Positions 34,815-47,958 of a stretch of 64,000 nt of DNA are shown in pieces (within the stretch, counting starts at the first letter, position 1; each line of letters begins with the position of its first letter). The position numbers were made by a program, and so were the translations under genes. The notes beneath the pieces are model-generated. The model did no database searches, had not been told where the DNA came from, and saw only the letters and a program-made list of their open reading frames with translations. This stretch comes from Dictyostelium discoideum (taxonomy: Eukaryota). The stretch covers positions 64,001 through 128,000 of the forward strand of contig CM000153.2 of assembly GCA_000004695.1 (NCBI GenBank), written 5' to 3'.

Positions 34815-35600
34815 TTATTGTTTTTTTTTTAAAATATTTGAAATGAATAATGAAATGATTATTAAAATTGATAATAGATTTTGAAAGATATTTCTGGCAT
34901 CAGAGTATTGATGAACATCATCAGATTGAGTTAAATATTTGAATACTTTTGATTTGCCACTTTTACCATTGGCTGAAACATTGATAAATATCATTTCACC
35001 ATTTTTTATATTATTATTGGTTGTTTGAATAAAACATGTTATCATTGTATCATTAATATAATTTGGTTCATTACAATTTAAAATATCAATACCACTACTA
35101 TTACCACTACCATTACTACAAATTATTGTAACTTTATCAATTGGATAATAGAAATCATTACCAATAATTGTTAAAATACCTCCTTGTTTTAAATTAATTA
35201 TACTATTTTGATTAATTGATGGTTATTTATAGATTATATTAAATGTTGATACTATTTTATTATTATTGTCAAATTGAATCACCAACTGTTATTGATATAT
35301 TAATATTATTTGACGATGGTGATCAAGTTAATCTATTACCATTAATTATTAATAAACCACCTTTTAATTTTGGAATACTATTTACACTTGTTGGAATTGG
35401 TGGACATGTAATTTGAAATTTATTTGGCCAATAATCACAACAACCAACTTGAACATTTAATTTTGATGAGAATGGATCTGAATAATTAAATTTTAATTTA
35501 ATATTTTCAAAATCAACTGAAATAATATCATTTGGATCAAAAGTATTATTATCAATTTTAACAGCAACCAAATTTGATTATTGTATTAATTTGTACCAGT
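34815..35600 (-). pseudogene. Decayed 3' fragment of an IPT/TIG-domain cell-surface protein gene (tgr-like), with a C-terminal TM segment. Interrupted by frameshifts and an in-frame stop, and truncated at its 5' side.
   Basis: Minus-strand pieces in shifting frames: ..DIISVDFENIKLKFNYSDPFSSKLNVQVGCCDYWPNKFQITCPPIPTSVNSIPKLKGGLLIINGNRLT*, then ..QGGILTIIGNDFYYPIDKVTIICSNGSGNSSGIDILNCNEPNYINDTMITCFIQTT..GEMIFINVSANGKSGKSKVFKYL..LSILIIISLFI. The IPT-like G-G-x-hydrophobic-x-I-x-G-x-x-F pattern repeats. No continuous ORF and no start codon. Confidence 0.45.
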
Positions 35601-35974
35601 TATATCAAGTACTGATTCAATAATATCAATATTTTCAAATTTTGGATCTTGATATGTAGTATTTTATAGTGCTTCGCTGGTCAATGAAGCACTAACTCCT
35701 ACCTGCTTGTGCCTTGAGTCATTAATGACCTAAAATAATTTTTTTTTTTTTTTTAATTATCCAAGAAACTAACCATAGTCATCATTATTTTTTGAGTTTA
35801 AATTTTGGAATAGGCAACTGGTGGTATTAGATTTTTTTTAATTTTTTTTAATTTTTTTCAAATTTTTCTTTTTTTTTATTTTTTTTATTTTTTTTTTTTT
35901 TTTTTTTTTTAAAAAAAAATCTAAAAAATACGATTTATAAAAAAAAAAAAAAAAAAAAAATAATAAAAAAAAAA

Positions 35975-37720
35975 ATGATTTTTAATAAACCAAGTTTAAG
36001 AAATCATTTACCAAAACGTTTAACATTTAAAAAATTAATAAAAAAAGAAAAATATGTTAATACCAATCCAAAATATAATAGAGACAATAATTGTATTCAA
36101 GATATAAAGGTTACCAATGAAGATAGATTATCAAGAAAAATATTAAATAGTTTAGTATTTCATGATGTTTTGGAACATTTAATGGTAAAGATGAAATTTG
36201 AACAACTTTTAGAGCTATCATTAGTATCGAAAACAACATTCAATCTTATTAGGTCTCAACTGTCATTCAATTTTCAACATTATAAATTCAATATTGGATC
36301 ATTCGTTGGTGTTAGAAATTACATATCGGATACATTAGAAAAAGAAATGGATGATCCAAACATATATCAATGTAAACTTTTACCATTCAGAGAAATGGAA
36401 TATATTGCAATGGAATTTGATTCAGATCAACATAAAACCGAAATTTACAATGACTCACATGGTTATGTGTTTAGACAAACAAAGAAATTTAAAAAACTCT
36501 TTAGCTCAACTTGTACAAATCTAAAGAAAGTTCATATTTTAATGAATATTTGTGCACATTTTATAACGGCTCAAGAAATAGATTTTGAAAGAAAATCAGT
36601 ATCCGATCAATTTAAAAGTTCAACATCAGTTGAAATTAAAAAGAAGGCAAGAATGGAATTAATTAGAGATTACTCTCATAACGGATTCTTTACCTATGAA
36701 ACATTAATATTTAATTTAAACATGACATCAATTCCAGTTTCAGATGAACAAGAATTTTATGAACATAGAACATATAAACAACAACCATTTGAACAACCTT
36801 TACCTGCTTTTAAATTTTCATTTAAATTAATTAATAAATATCAACCGAGAGTACTTATAATTAGATATATTCCACCAGCATCATCATCACCACCTGAAGA
36901 AGAATTGGATGTACAATATCCAATATCAGTTTTTAATTTAATAAATTTTGAAAATATTTTTAATTTCCCATCAATTGAAATCGTCAAATTCTTTGATGTG
37001 CCAATTTCAAAATCATTTATAAGGAAACTTTTCACACAAAAAACATGTAAAATTAAAAAATTATTTTTAACAGGTTCTGAAGTTTCCCATTCGATTATTA
37101 GTGAAATCTCATTGGCTTTGGTTGAAAATAAAACAATGTTGAAACAACTTTGTTTAAATACAAATTCCCCAAGAAAGATTTTTCTATTTCAAGCAAATTC
37201 TTTACAACAAAGTTTATTATATCATAAATTTGCATATAAAGATGAAAGAGAAACTTTAGATATAATTCCAAATGATTTCTTTGAAAATTTAAAAATTTTA
37301 ACTCATTTTCATTCTTTAACTTGTATGGATTTATCAAGTCTTACTTTTAATTTAACTAAACTTTTACCTTTAAAACAAATTTTATCACTAGAGAAATTAA
37401 AATATCATTTTCGTTCAAATTATGATGTCTCTCTTTTAAATATTCTATTAGAATATTGTAGAGATCAAAATAATGAAATCATTCAATTAAAATGTATTTT
37501 CGATGATATAAAATCAGTTGGTGATTACTTTAAAGCATTCATTCAATTCTTTTATAATTATACTCTACCAGATAATTATCCACCTTGGTACTTTACTATT
37601 AATATTAAAATTATTGATAAATCTTTCCAAAAAAAAGAATATTTTATTGATTATTTAGAATTAAAATATAAATTATTAAATTCTTCTGAAAATAAACAAA
37701 TTAATGTTATAATAAAATAA
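35975..37720 (+). CDS. Hypothetical protein with an F-box-like N-terminus (lineage-specific family).
   Basis: 581-aa ORF. Residues about 50-95, ..LSRKILNSLVFHDVLEHLMVKMKFEQLLELSLVSKTTFNLIRSQL.., resemble an F-box. The rest is Asn/Lys/Phe-rich with no recognised catalytic motif. Confidence 0.55.
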   Translation: MIFNKPSLRNHLPKRLTFKKLIKKEKYVNTNPKYNRDNNCIQDIKVTNEDRLSRKILNSLVFHDVLEHLMVKMKFEQLLELSLVSKTTFNLIRSQLSFNFQHYKFNIGSFVGVRNYISDTLEKEMDDPNIYQCKLLPFREMEYIAMEFDSDQHKTEIYNDSHGYVFRQTKKFKKLFSSTCTNLKKVHILMNICAHFITAQEIDFERKSVSDQFKSSTSVEIKKKARMELIRDYSHNGFFTYETLIFNLNMTSIPVSDEQEFYEHRTYKQQPFEQPLPAFKFSFKLINKYQPRVLIIRYIPPASSSPPEEELDVQYPISVFNLINFENIFNFPSIEIVKFFDVPISKSFIRKLFTQKTCKIKKLFLTGSEVSHSIISEISLALVENKTMLKQLCLNTNSPRKIFLFQANSLQQSLLYHKFAYKDERETLDIIPNDFFENLKILTHFHSLTCMDLSSLTFNLTKLLPLKQILSLEKLKYHFRSNYDVSLLNILLEYCRDQNNEIIQLKCIFDDIKSVGDYFKAFIQFFYNYTLPDNYPPWYFTINIKIIDKSFQKKEYFIDYLELKYKLLNSSENKQINVIIK

Positions 37721-38022
37721 ATAAAAAAAAATAAAAAAATAAAAAAATAAAAATAAAAGTTGTAACTTTAAAAATTTAAAATAAAAAGGTTGGAGGTAAA
37801 AAAAAACTCAAACATCACCATCACCATCGTCATCTCACTATATATATTTTACTATTTTTGATTAATATAACTAATAGTTGGTAATAAATAATTGATAATT
37901 TCTTAAAAATTAATTTTTATTGATTTTTTTATTTTTAATTGATTTTTAACTTTATTTAAATTAAACATAAATCGTTTATTTTTTTATTTTTTATTTTTAT
38001 TTTTATCTTTTTTTTATTGTTA

Positions 38023-40770
<2,748 letters not shown>

Positions 40771-41229
40771 TTTGATACTTGTGGTAAAATTTTATCTTTT
40801 GGTCAAAAATAAAAAAAATAAAAAAAATAAAAAAAATAAAAAAATAAAAAAAATTAAAAAAAATAAAAAAAAATTAAAAAAATAAAAAAATAAAAAAAAC
40901 TCTTGGTATTAATTATAAAAATAAAAAGATATAGAATCTACAACTATCATATTAATATATGTCTACTTATTTATAAATAATTTTAAAAAGAATATTTAAA
41001 AATTAAAAAAAAAAAAAAAAAGACAAATTCGCTCAATATTCCGAAATTACAAAATTCACCATATAAGGGGACCGACAAAGTGTTTTAATTTTTACAAATA
41101 TTTATATTGCGAAACATTTTAAAAGAATATATTTTTTTTTTTTTGCATAAAAATTTCTTTATTATTTATTTTTTTTTTTTTAATTTTAATTTTTTTTCAA
41201 AAATGTATACCATAAAAATAGTAGCATAA

Positions 41230-41350
41230 CTAAATTATAACTAAAGTTTGCTGTGGAGATGGAACATTTAATTTGTTCTTGCCAGATCACAACACCTATA
41301 AGTTAATAGATTATCTGATTACGGTGGGAAAAAATGATTTGGCGTTGATA
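41230..41350 (-). ncRNA. Candidate small ncRNA locus (class unknown), inferred only from the DUSE-like motif and local composition.
   Basis: An island of about 120 bp of mixed composition (..ctgtggagatggaacatttaatttgttcttgccagatcacaacacctataagttaatagattatctgattacggtggg..) between AT-only stretches. A minus-strand TATA-like cattTATAAtc lies between the motif and the island. It has a partial match to the class I RNA 11-nt motif (minus strand CTCCACAGCAA vs CCUUACAGCAA). Weak. Confidence 0.2.
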
Positions 41351-41409
41351 TAGTAAAGATTATAAATGAAAAATATTTTTTTTTCAAGGTTAATAGTATA
41401 TTCACACAT

Positions 41410-41417
41410 TTATGGGT
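41410..41417 (-). promoter_or_regulatory. DUSE-like motif (Dictyostelium upstream sequence element, [A/T]CCCA[C/T]AA), reading ACCCATAA on the minus strand.
   Basis: Plus strand ttatgggt at 41410..41417. The DUSE is described as sitting about 60 nt upstream of Pol II/III ncRNA genes in Dictyostelium. The adjacent minus-strand downstream region 41230..41350 is unusually GC-rich for intergenic DNA. Confidence 0.35.
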
Positions 41418-41575
41418 CTTTTTTTTTTTTTTTATTTTATTCTTTTTTTCATTTTTTCAATTTTTTTTTTTAGAAAAATTTGAATTATTCCAAAAAAAAA
41501 AAAAAAAAAAAACAAAGCGGGAAGGCAACACTTTTTTTTAAAAATTATTTCAAATAACAGCTAAAATTGTAAAAA

Positions 41576-42310
41576 ATGGGAAAAAGAGATAAAAAAATAA
41601 TAATAGAAGAACCAGAAGAACTAGAGGAAGCAGAAGATGTTTTTGAAGTTGAAAAAATTTTAGATAAAAGAGTTCAGCATGGAAGGATTCAATATAATGT
41701 AAGATGGATAGGATTTTCATCAGATTATGATACATGGGAAGATGAAGATAATGTTGCAGGTTGTCCAGAACTAGTTAAAGAATTTGAAAGTTCAAGACAA
41801 CAAGAAAAAAAAAAAAGTAAAAAAAGAAAACATACTATAATTAACGACGATCCAACTGCAGTAGAAATATCATCATCATCATCACCACCAACCACCAAAC
41901 CTTCATCATCAACAACAGCAGCAGCACCAGCATCATCATCAGCATCAGTAACAACAAAAACAGCAACAGCAACAGTAACAACAGATACATATTTTTCTAA
42001 TAATACTACATCAACACACCAAAAAACAAATCATTCAGTTGAGGTTGAAGAAAATATAAAAAATGAATATATAAAATTTGGTGTACCTTATATTGAAGGT
42101 GTTGGTTTTGAAAATGGTCATTGTGTTGAGGAGGTTATAGGTTGTAAACCCTTTGGTCAAGATAATACACTATTTTTCTTTGTTAAATGGAGAGACCAAG
42201 AAAAATTATCTTGGGTACCAAATGAAATCCTTAAACATAAAGAACCATTACAATTAATTGAGTTTTATGAAAGTAGACTTAAATTTGGTTATAGTGGTCA
42301 GCCAAGTTAA
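41576..42310 (+). CDS. Heterochromatin protein 1 homolog, with a chromo domain and a chromoshadow domain (hcpA/B/C family).
   Basis: Chromo domain: ..VFEVEKILDKRVQHGRIQYNVRWIGFSSDYDTWEDEDNV... Ser/Thr/Ala-rich hinge. Chromoshadow domain: ..EEVIGCKPFGQDNTLFFFVKWRDQEKLSWVPNEILKHKEPLQLIEFYESRLKF.. Confidence 0.8.
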   Translation: MGKRDKKIIIEEPEELEEAEDVFEVEKILDKRVQHGRIQYNVRWIGFSSDYDTWEDEDNVAGCPELVKEFESSRQQEKKKSKKRKHTIINDDPTAVEISSSSSPPTTKPSSSTTAAAPASSSASVTTKTATATVTTDTYFSNNTTSTHQKTNHSVEVEENIKNEYIKFGVPYIEGVGFENGHCVEEVIGCKPFGQDNTLFFFVKWRDQEKLSWVPNEILKHKEPLQLIEFYESRLKFGYSGQPS

Positions 42311-43110
42311 AAAATAAAAAAAAAAAAAAAATAAAAAACGAAGGATAAAAAAAAAAAAATAAAAAAATAAAAAAAAAGAAAACATCTGTACTTTATTAAT
42401 CTTAAATCTTCAAACAATTTCTTTTTTTTTTTTTTTTTTTTTTTAAATCTTTCAATAAAATATATTTCCTCATTTTTCTTCAAAACAAAAAGATAATTAC
42501 AAAAAATGAATGACAAATAATTAAATTCTAAAAATAAAAAAACATTCATTTTATGTATTTTATATTTTGTGTATTTTATGGGTATTCTATTTTTTTATAC
42601 AAAATCGATATTAAAATAAAAAAATTAATTGATTATTTTTTTAAAAAAAAAAATAAAAATAAAAAATAAAAATAATTTAAAAATAAATCAGATTCTCATT
42701 GTTTGGATGGGGTAATTTTTTTGATTATTTATTTTTTTTAATCAAATTTTAAAACGAATAATAAAAACAAATAAATTAATCCAATAAAAAAAATATAAAA
42801 TATAAAATAAAATTAATTATAATATCAAACCTTCTATTTTTTTATTTTTTTTTTTTTTTCTTTTTAAAAGAAAAAATTTAATAAAAACATTTATATTTTT
42901 TTTTTTATTAACAAAAAGAAATCCTCAAAAATATGAAAAAAAAAAAAAATAAAATAAAATTTAAAAAATATCTTGAACATCAAAGAAACTAAAATGTCAA
43001 AATGTTCGTTAATTTCCCAATGGACCATATTTTTTTTGTATTGGGGTGGTTTTTTTTTTTTTTAAAAATAGAATTTTTTTATAAAAAAAATAAAAAAAAT
43101 AAAAAAAAAA

Positions 43111-43145
<35 letters not shown>

Positions 43146-43174
43146 CCTTTTTACTAAAAATATAATAAAGAAGT

Positions 43175-43750
43175 ATGGTTATAAATAAATTAATATTATT
43201 AATTTTATTATTTTTTTGTAAAATTTCATATGTTTTTACACAAAAATTACCAGATGGATTTTGTCCATCACCTTTAATTTATAAAAATTCAACTGACAGA
43301 ATTAGTGATATCAATAGAGGTTATCAATTTATTGGAGAAACAAATTGTGTACAACCTTGTCCATCTTTGGTTTATTCAGAATCTGATTGGAAAAATTTTT
43401 TTGATGCTAGTTTATATGGTGGAGCAATTTCCATATTTTGTTCATTATTTTTATTAATAACCTATAGTCCATTAGTAAATAATAAACATAATAGACATAC
43501 TATTTCAATTATGTTTTTATTTTCTGGAATTTTTATAATGTTGGCATCAAATGGAAGAGTTTTTTGGAATAATAATGAAGGATATTTTGATAGAATTTGC
43601 CCTGAAAAAGGTAGATTTGCAAGACAATCTGATAGATATTGTTTAGCTATGGGAATATTTTATCAATTTGGTTGTTTAACTGGAATGATGTATGTAATTA
43701 TTGATCAATTATAAAAACAAGAAAATAGTAAATTATTAATAAATTATTTT

Positions 43751-43792
<42 letters not shown>

Positions 43793-44589
43793 GGTGGTGG
43801 ACAACATTATCTGTTGATGTATGGATGACAATTAAAAAGATTAAAATTTCAAATCGTCAAATATTTTATTATGCTTGTATTGTTAATTTTTTAGCGATTT
43901 TCTTAACATTTATACCAATTGCAAGAGATCAATATGGTGCTTCAAATTTTGGAATTGGTTGTTGGATTTTAGGTTTGTGGGATCAAGTTTTTGGATTTTG
44001 GGCACCATTAGGTATTTGTTTAACAATTGGTTGTATATTTATTACTCTTATAATGTATGAAATTTATAAAGCAACAGGTCAAATTAAAAAGAAATTATTA
44101 TTAAAATATTATAAACCACTCGTTTTGATAATTTTAATGTTTTTTGAATTTTTTTATATGTTTATTTTCATAACATATATTATTGATCATAGAAATAAAT
44201 ATAATGATGAAGTTGCTGAATATATAGTTTGTATATTAATAAATTCTGGAAATCCAAATTATGATGAAATTTGTAAAATTAAAAGATCAATTCCTCCTGC
44301 AGCTCAATTTTTATTCTTTTTATTTTCTAGATTAATGGGTTTTGAAGGTGTAATTTTCTATGGATTAACTAATCAAACTAAAAGAATATGGTTAAGATCA
44401 TTTTGGTTTAATAATAGAATTTCATTAAAATTTAGATCTTCTTTTAATATTTCTTCAAGTACAAATAGTAGTACAAATACATTTGAAAAACAAACTCCAT
44501 CACATTTAGTTGACCCAATTGATCAATTTGATAATATTGAAATTTCAAATAATCAAAATATAGAATTATCTCAAATCGAAAACAAATAA
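43175..44589 (+). CDS. Frizzled/smoothened-like 7TM receptor (fsl family), with a signal peptide and seven predicted TM helices. Two exons: 43175..43689 and 43794..44589.
   Basis: N-terminal signal peptide plus a Cys-containing ectodomain (..[21 protein letters not shown]..). Seven hydrophobic helices and a post-TM7 ..[15 protein letters not shown].. that resembles the Frizzled K-T-x-x-x-W region. The two track ORFs join via a GTATGT donor (43690, phase 2) and a poly-A..ATAG acceptor (43793). The junction reads ..GCLTGMM|[10 protein letters not shown].. Confidence 0.6.
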
Positions 44590-45029
44590 AAAAAAAAATT
44601 AAAAAAAAATTAAAATAATAAAAAAAAAAAAAAATTAAAAAAAAAAAATAAAAAACCAAAATGTAGTTTTAGACTATCATTAGATGATTTAATTTGAAGA
44701 GAAAAAAAAATATCTTTTGTTGATTTGATTTAAAAAAAAAAAAAAAATTTGATTAGCAAAGCAAAGCGGCAGTGGTTTACAAAAAAAAAAAATTTTGTAA
44801 AGGGGAAGATTAAAAAAAAAAAATAATTAAAAAAAAAAAATATATTTTTGATCTTAGGTTTTGTGATTTTTAAAAATTAAGTACCCCATATTAAACAAAT
44901 TTTAACTAAATTTTGTAGTATGATGGTTTTTTTTTTTTTTTTTTATTGATTACTTTTACTTTTTTTTTTTTTTTATTACTATTATTTAAATTATTCTGTA
45001 TTTAATTATTTTAAAAAATATAAATAAAA

Positions 45030-46049
45030 ATGAAATTATTAATTCTTTTAATAATTTTAATTATAAATTTAAAATTGTATTTATGTAATTTAGAAATTGA
45101 AAATTTATTTATTGAATGGACAAATAAATATAATAAAATATATAGTAATAAAGAATTTTATATGAGATTTAATAATTTTAAAAAGAATAAAGAATATGTT
45201 GATCAATGGAATGAAAAACAATTGGAAACTATTTTAGAATTAAATTTTTTTGCTGATTTATCAAGAAACGAATATATAAATAATTATCTTGCAAGTTTTA
45301 TTGATATTTCAAATATTGAACAAAAGAATACTAAATATGAAGGAAATTTAAAAAATAATTTTAACAATTCAATAAAATCAATTGATTGGAGAAATTTTGA
45401 TGCAGTAACACCTGTAAAAAATCAAGGTTTATGTTCTGGAGCTGGTTATTCATTTTCTGCAATTGGAGTAATAGAAAGTTCACATTTTATTAAAAATAAA
45501 GAATTAATAACATTATCTGAACAAAATATTATTGATTGTACAACTGATATGGGCAATAATGGTTGTATGGGTGGACTTGCTTTAATTGCATTCGACTATA
45601 TTATTAAACAAAAAGGAATTGACAGTGAATTTAATTACCCATATGAAGGATACCTAATAGAACCATATGAAGGTAGAGGAAGATGTCGTTATAATTCATT
45701 CTATTCAAAAGCTTCAATTAGTTCATATATTGAAATTGAAAGATTCAATGAGAATGAATTAACTCAATCTCTAATAAAATCTCCAGTATCTGTAATGATT
45801 GATGCTTCACAATTATCATTTATGCTTTATAAATCTGGTGTTTACAAAGATCCATCTTGTTCAAGTACAATATTAAATCATGGAATATTAAATATTGGAT
45901 TTGGTGTGACACCTGAAAATGGTAATGAATATTATATTTTAAAAAATTCTTTTGGTTCGAAATGGGGAATGAAAGGTTACATTTATTTATCTAGAAATTT
46001 TAATAATCATTGTGGTATATCTTCAGTTGGAATTTCTGTTGTTATTTAA
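45030..46049 (+). CDS. Papain-family (C1, cathepsin L-like) preproprotein that lacks the catalytic cysteine; probable secreted pseudoprotease.
   Basis: Signal peptide MKLLILLIILIINLKLYLC. Propeptide with an ERFNIN-like EFYMRFNNFKKNKEYVDQWN. The mature domain has the oxyanion Gln, His (..LNHGILNIGFG..) and Asn (..LKNSFGSKWGMKGYIYL..). The active-site block reads QGLCSGAGYSFSA instead of QGxCGSCWxFS, so the nucleophilic Cys25 position is Ala/Gly. Confidence 0.75.
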   Translation: MKLLILLIILIINLKLYLCNLEIENLFIEWTNKYNKIYSNKEFYMRFNNFKKNKEYVDQWNEKQLETILELNFFADLSRNEYINNYLASFIDISNIEQKNTKYEGNLKNNFNNSIKSIDWRNFDAVTPVKNQGLCSGAGYSFSAIGVIESSHFIKNKELITLSEQNIIDCTTDMGNNGCMGGLALIAFDYIIKQKGIDSEFNYPYEGYLIEPYEGRGRCRYNSFYSKASISSYIEIERFNENELTQSLIKSPVSVMIDASQLSFMLYKSGVYKDPSCSSTILNHGILNIGFGVTPENGNEYYILKNSFGSKWGMKGYIYLSRNFNNHCGISSVGISVVI

Positions 46050-46199
46050 ACAAAATAAAAAAAAAAAATAAAAAAAACTAATAAATTTTAATTTTAAATA
46101 AATAAATAAATAAATAAGTGTTTTTGTTTTATTATTATTATTAAACTTTCTAGGATAAATCAACTAAAACAAAAAAAACATTGATTTTTTTTTTTTTTT

Positions 46200-47283
46200 T
46201 TAAAGCAAAGCAAAGATAATTGAGAAAATAATTAAAGCAAAGAATGGAATAACAGTTGATGATGAACCTGGTTCATTGTCGTTATAACTTTCACTGTTCA
46301 TACTTGTTGACATATCACCATAGTATGAACCATTTGCACAAATGACATCCCATTTCCAATCCATTGGAAGATTTAAACTGTAATCAGCATCTTGAATTAA
46401 AGCAATGACACCTTGACCACAACGAGAACCACCAACATCACTATTACCTTTATCAGTAAAGTTATGAACGGCCATACCTCTACCAATGACTAAAGCGGCA
46501 GTGACATGATCAGTCTCATAATAATAGTAACCAGTATCCATCATATCTTGAGAGAAAGCACAGAAATTACCAAAATCACCATAATGTCTAGTTCCAGATG
46601 GTGGGAGAGAATGTTCTTGACCAGTCTTTAAGAAATGACCACCAATTGAAGTACCATTATCCGATGAAACATCACCAAATTGATGAACATGGAAACCATG
46701 AGCTTGATAAGATAAACCGGAAACTTTAGCAGATACTTGAATGAATGAAGAATTGAGTGCTTTGAATAAAACTCTACCTTCAATGTAATCACCTTTGGTG
46801 ATGGTAGTATTGTAAACTACTGCTAAACCAATTGCATTCTCTAAATTTGAATAGGATGATGCAGTGTTGACACCTGTTAATTTAGATTTATCAAATGATG
46901 AATAATCGATATTACCAACACCAATAGTACAAAAACTAATCATATCACCAATTACTGATTTACTTGGATCTGAACAATCATAACTACCACCATAGATTGC
47001 AATTGAACGACCAATAATTGAATTGGCATCATCTTTAATATTTGGAATGTTTAATGAAATTGTTTGTGCTTCAACATTACCACCATTTGCTTGAATATTA
47101 CCAATATCACCTGCACGTGGTGTTCCACTTGGACATCCTGCTGTCTTTACATTGGTTGGATCAAATACACTTCCTAAATTGGTCATTGATGATGGATTAT
47201 AACCATATGTTAAAATTTGTGCAGCAAATTGTGTATTTTGTGCATATGATGTTGTAAAATCAAATGTAATATTTAATGTTGTT

Positions 47284-47326
<43 letters not shown>

Positions 47327-47541
47327 TAAAATAATTTAAATAAATAAATAGTTAATAATTATTCCAAATTTTTTTTTGGAAAATATTATTTTTAAACACT
47401 TACATCAGTACTTAAAAGATGAGCAATACCTTCAACACCACCAATTGATAATTCATTGAATTTACAAAAAGCATATTGGTAATCGGCTTTTGCAATGGAA
47501 ATAACTGAAATCAAAAATACTAATACAGATAAAAGTCTCAT
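46200..47541 (-). CDS. sodC: Extracellular GPI-anchored Cu/Zn superoxide dismutase-like protein (SodC-type), about 407 aa. Two exons: 47404..47541 and 46200..47285.
   Basis: SOD1 fold and ligands in ..AHGFHVHQFGDVSSDNGTSIGGHFLKTGQEHSLPPSGTRHYGDFGNFCA..HVTAALVIGRGMAVHNFTDKGNSDVGGSRCGQGVI... Hydrophobic C-terminal tail (..VIPFFALIIFSIIFALL), consistent with a GPI signal. Upstream minus-strand exon MRLLSVLVFLISVISIAKADYQYAFCKFNELSIGGVEGIAHLLSTD (signal peptide), then a GTAAGT donor and a phase-0 acceptor before GTTLNITFDF... The first SOD-like half lacks the metal ligands. The 407-aa total matches my recollection of SodC. Confidence 0.7.
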
Positions 47542-47875
47542 TTTTTATTTTGAGATAAATAATCAATCAGACTGTAACTTGGAGGAGAAAAAAAAAAAAA
47601 AAAAAAAAAAAAATGGCTATACGGAAAAAAAATTTTTTTAAAAAAAAAAAAAAATAAAAAAAAAAATAAAAATAAAAATAAAAATCAGAAAAGATATTTT
47701 TTTTTTTTTTTTTTAATAACAAACCAACTGCCTGCCACTTGGGTATTATTTGAAAAATAACAATCAAATAATTTATGAACTAATTTCTTGAAAATATCTA
47801 AAAAAAAAAAAATAAAAAATAAAAATAAATAAAAAAAAAAAAAATATTTAGACACTTAAGATAAAAACCAGATTT

Positions 47876-47918
47876 GTGAATTTAGGGATTTTTTGGTTGT
47901 AAATTTAGGGATTTTTGG

Positions 47919-47920
<2 letters not shown>
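47876..47920. repeat. Tandem duplication of a 22-23-bp unit (gt[g/a]aatttagggatttt(t)tggtt) about 330 bp upstream of the sodC-like start codon.
   Basis: Two adjacent near-identical copies, each containing TTTAGGG. Confidence 0.8.

Positions 47921-47958
<38 letters not shown>

Noticed and set aside
47042-47257. ORF 47042..47257(+), and the similar 55904..56176(-), 59406..59744(+) and 59991..60176(-).
   Set aside because: They are antisense to well-supported genes (sodC-like, rad54, eIF2AK-like kinase) and have low-complexity or His/Tyr-rich artefactual translations.
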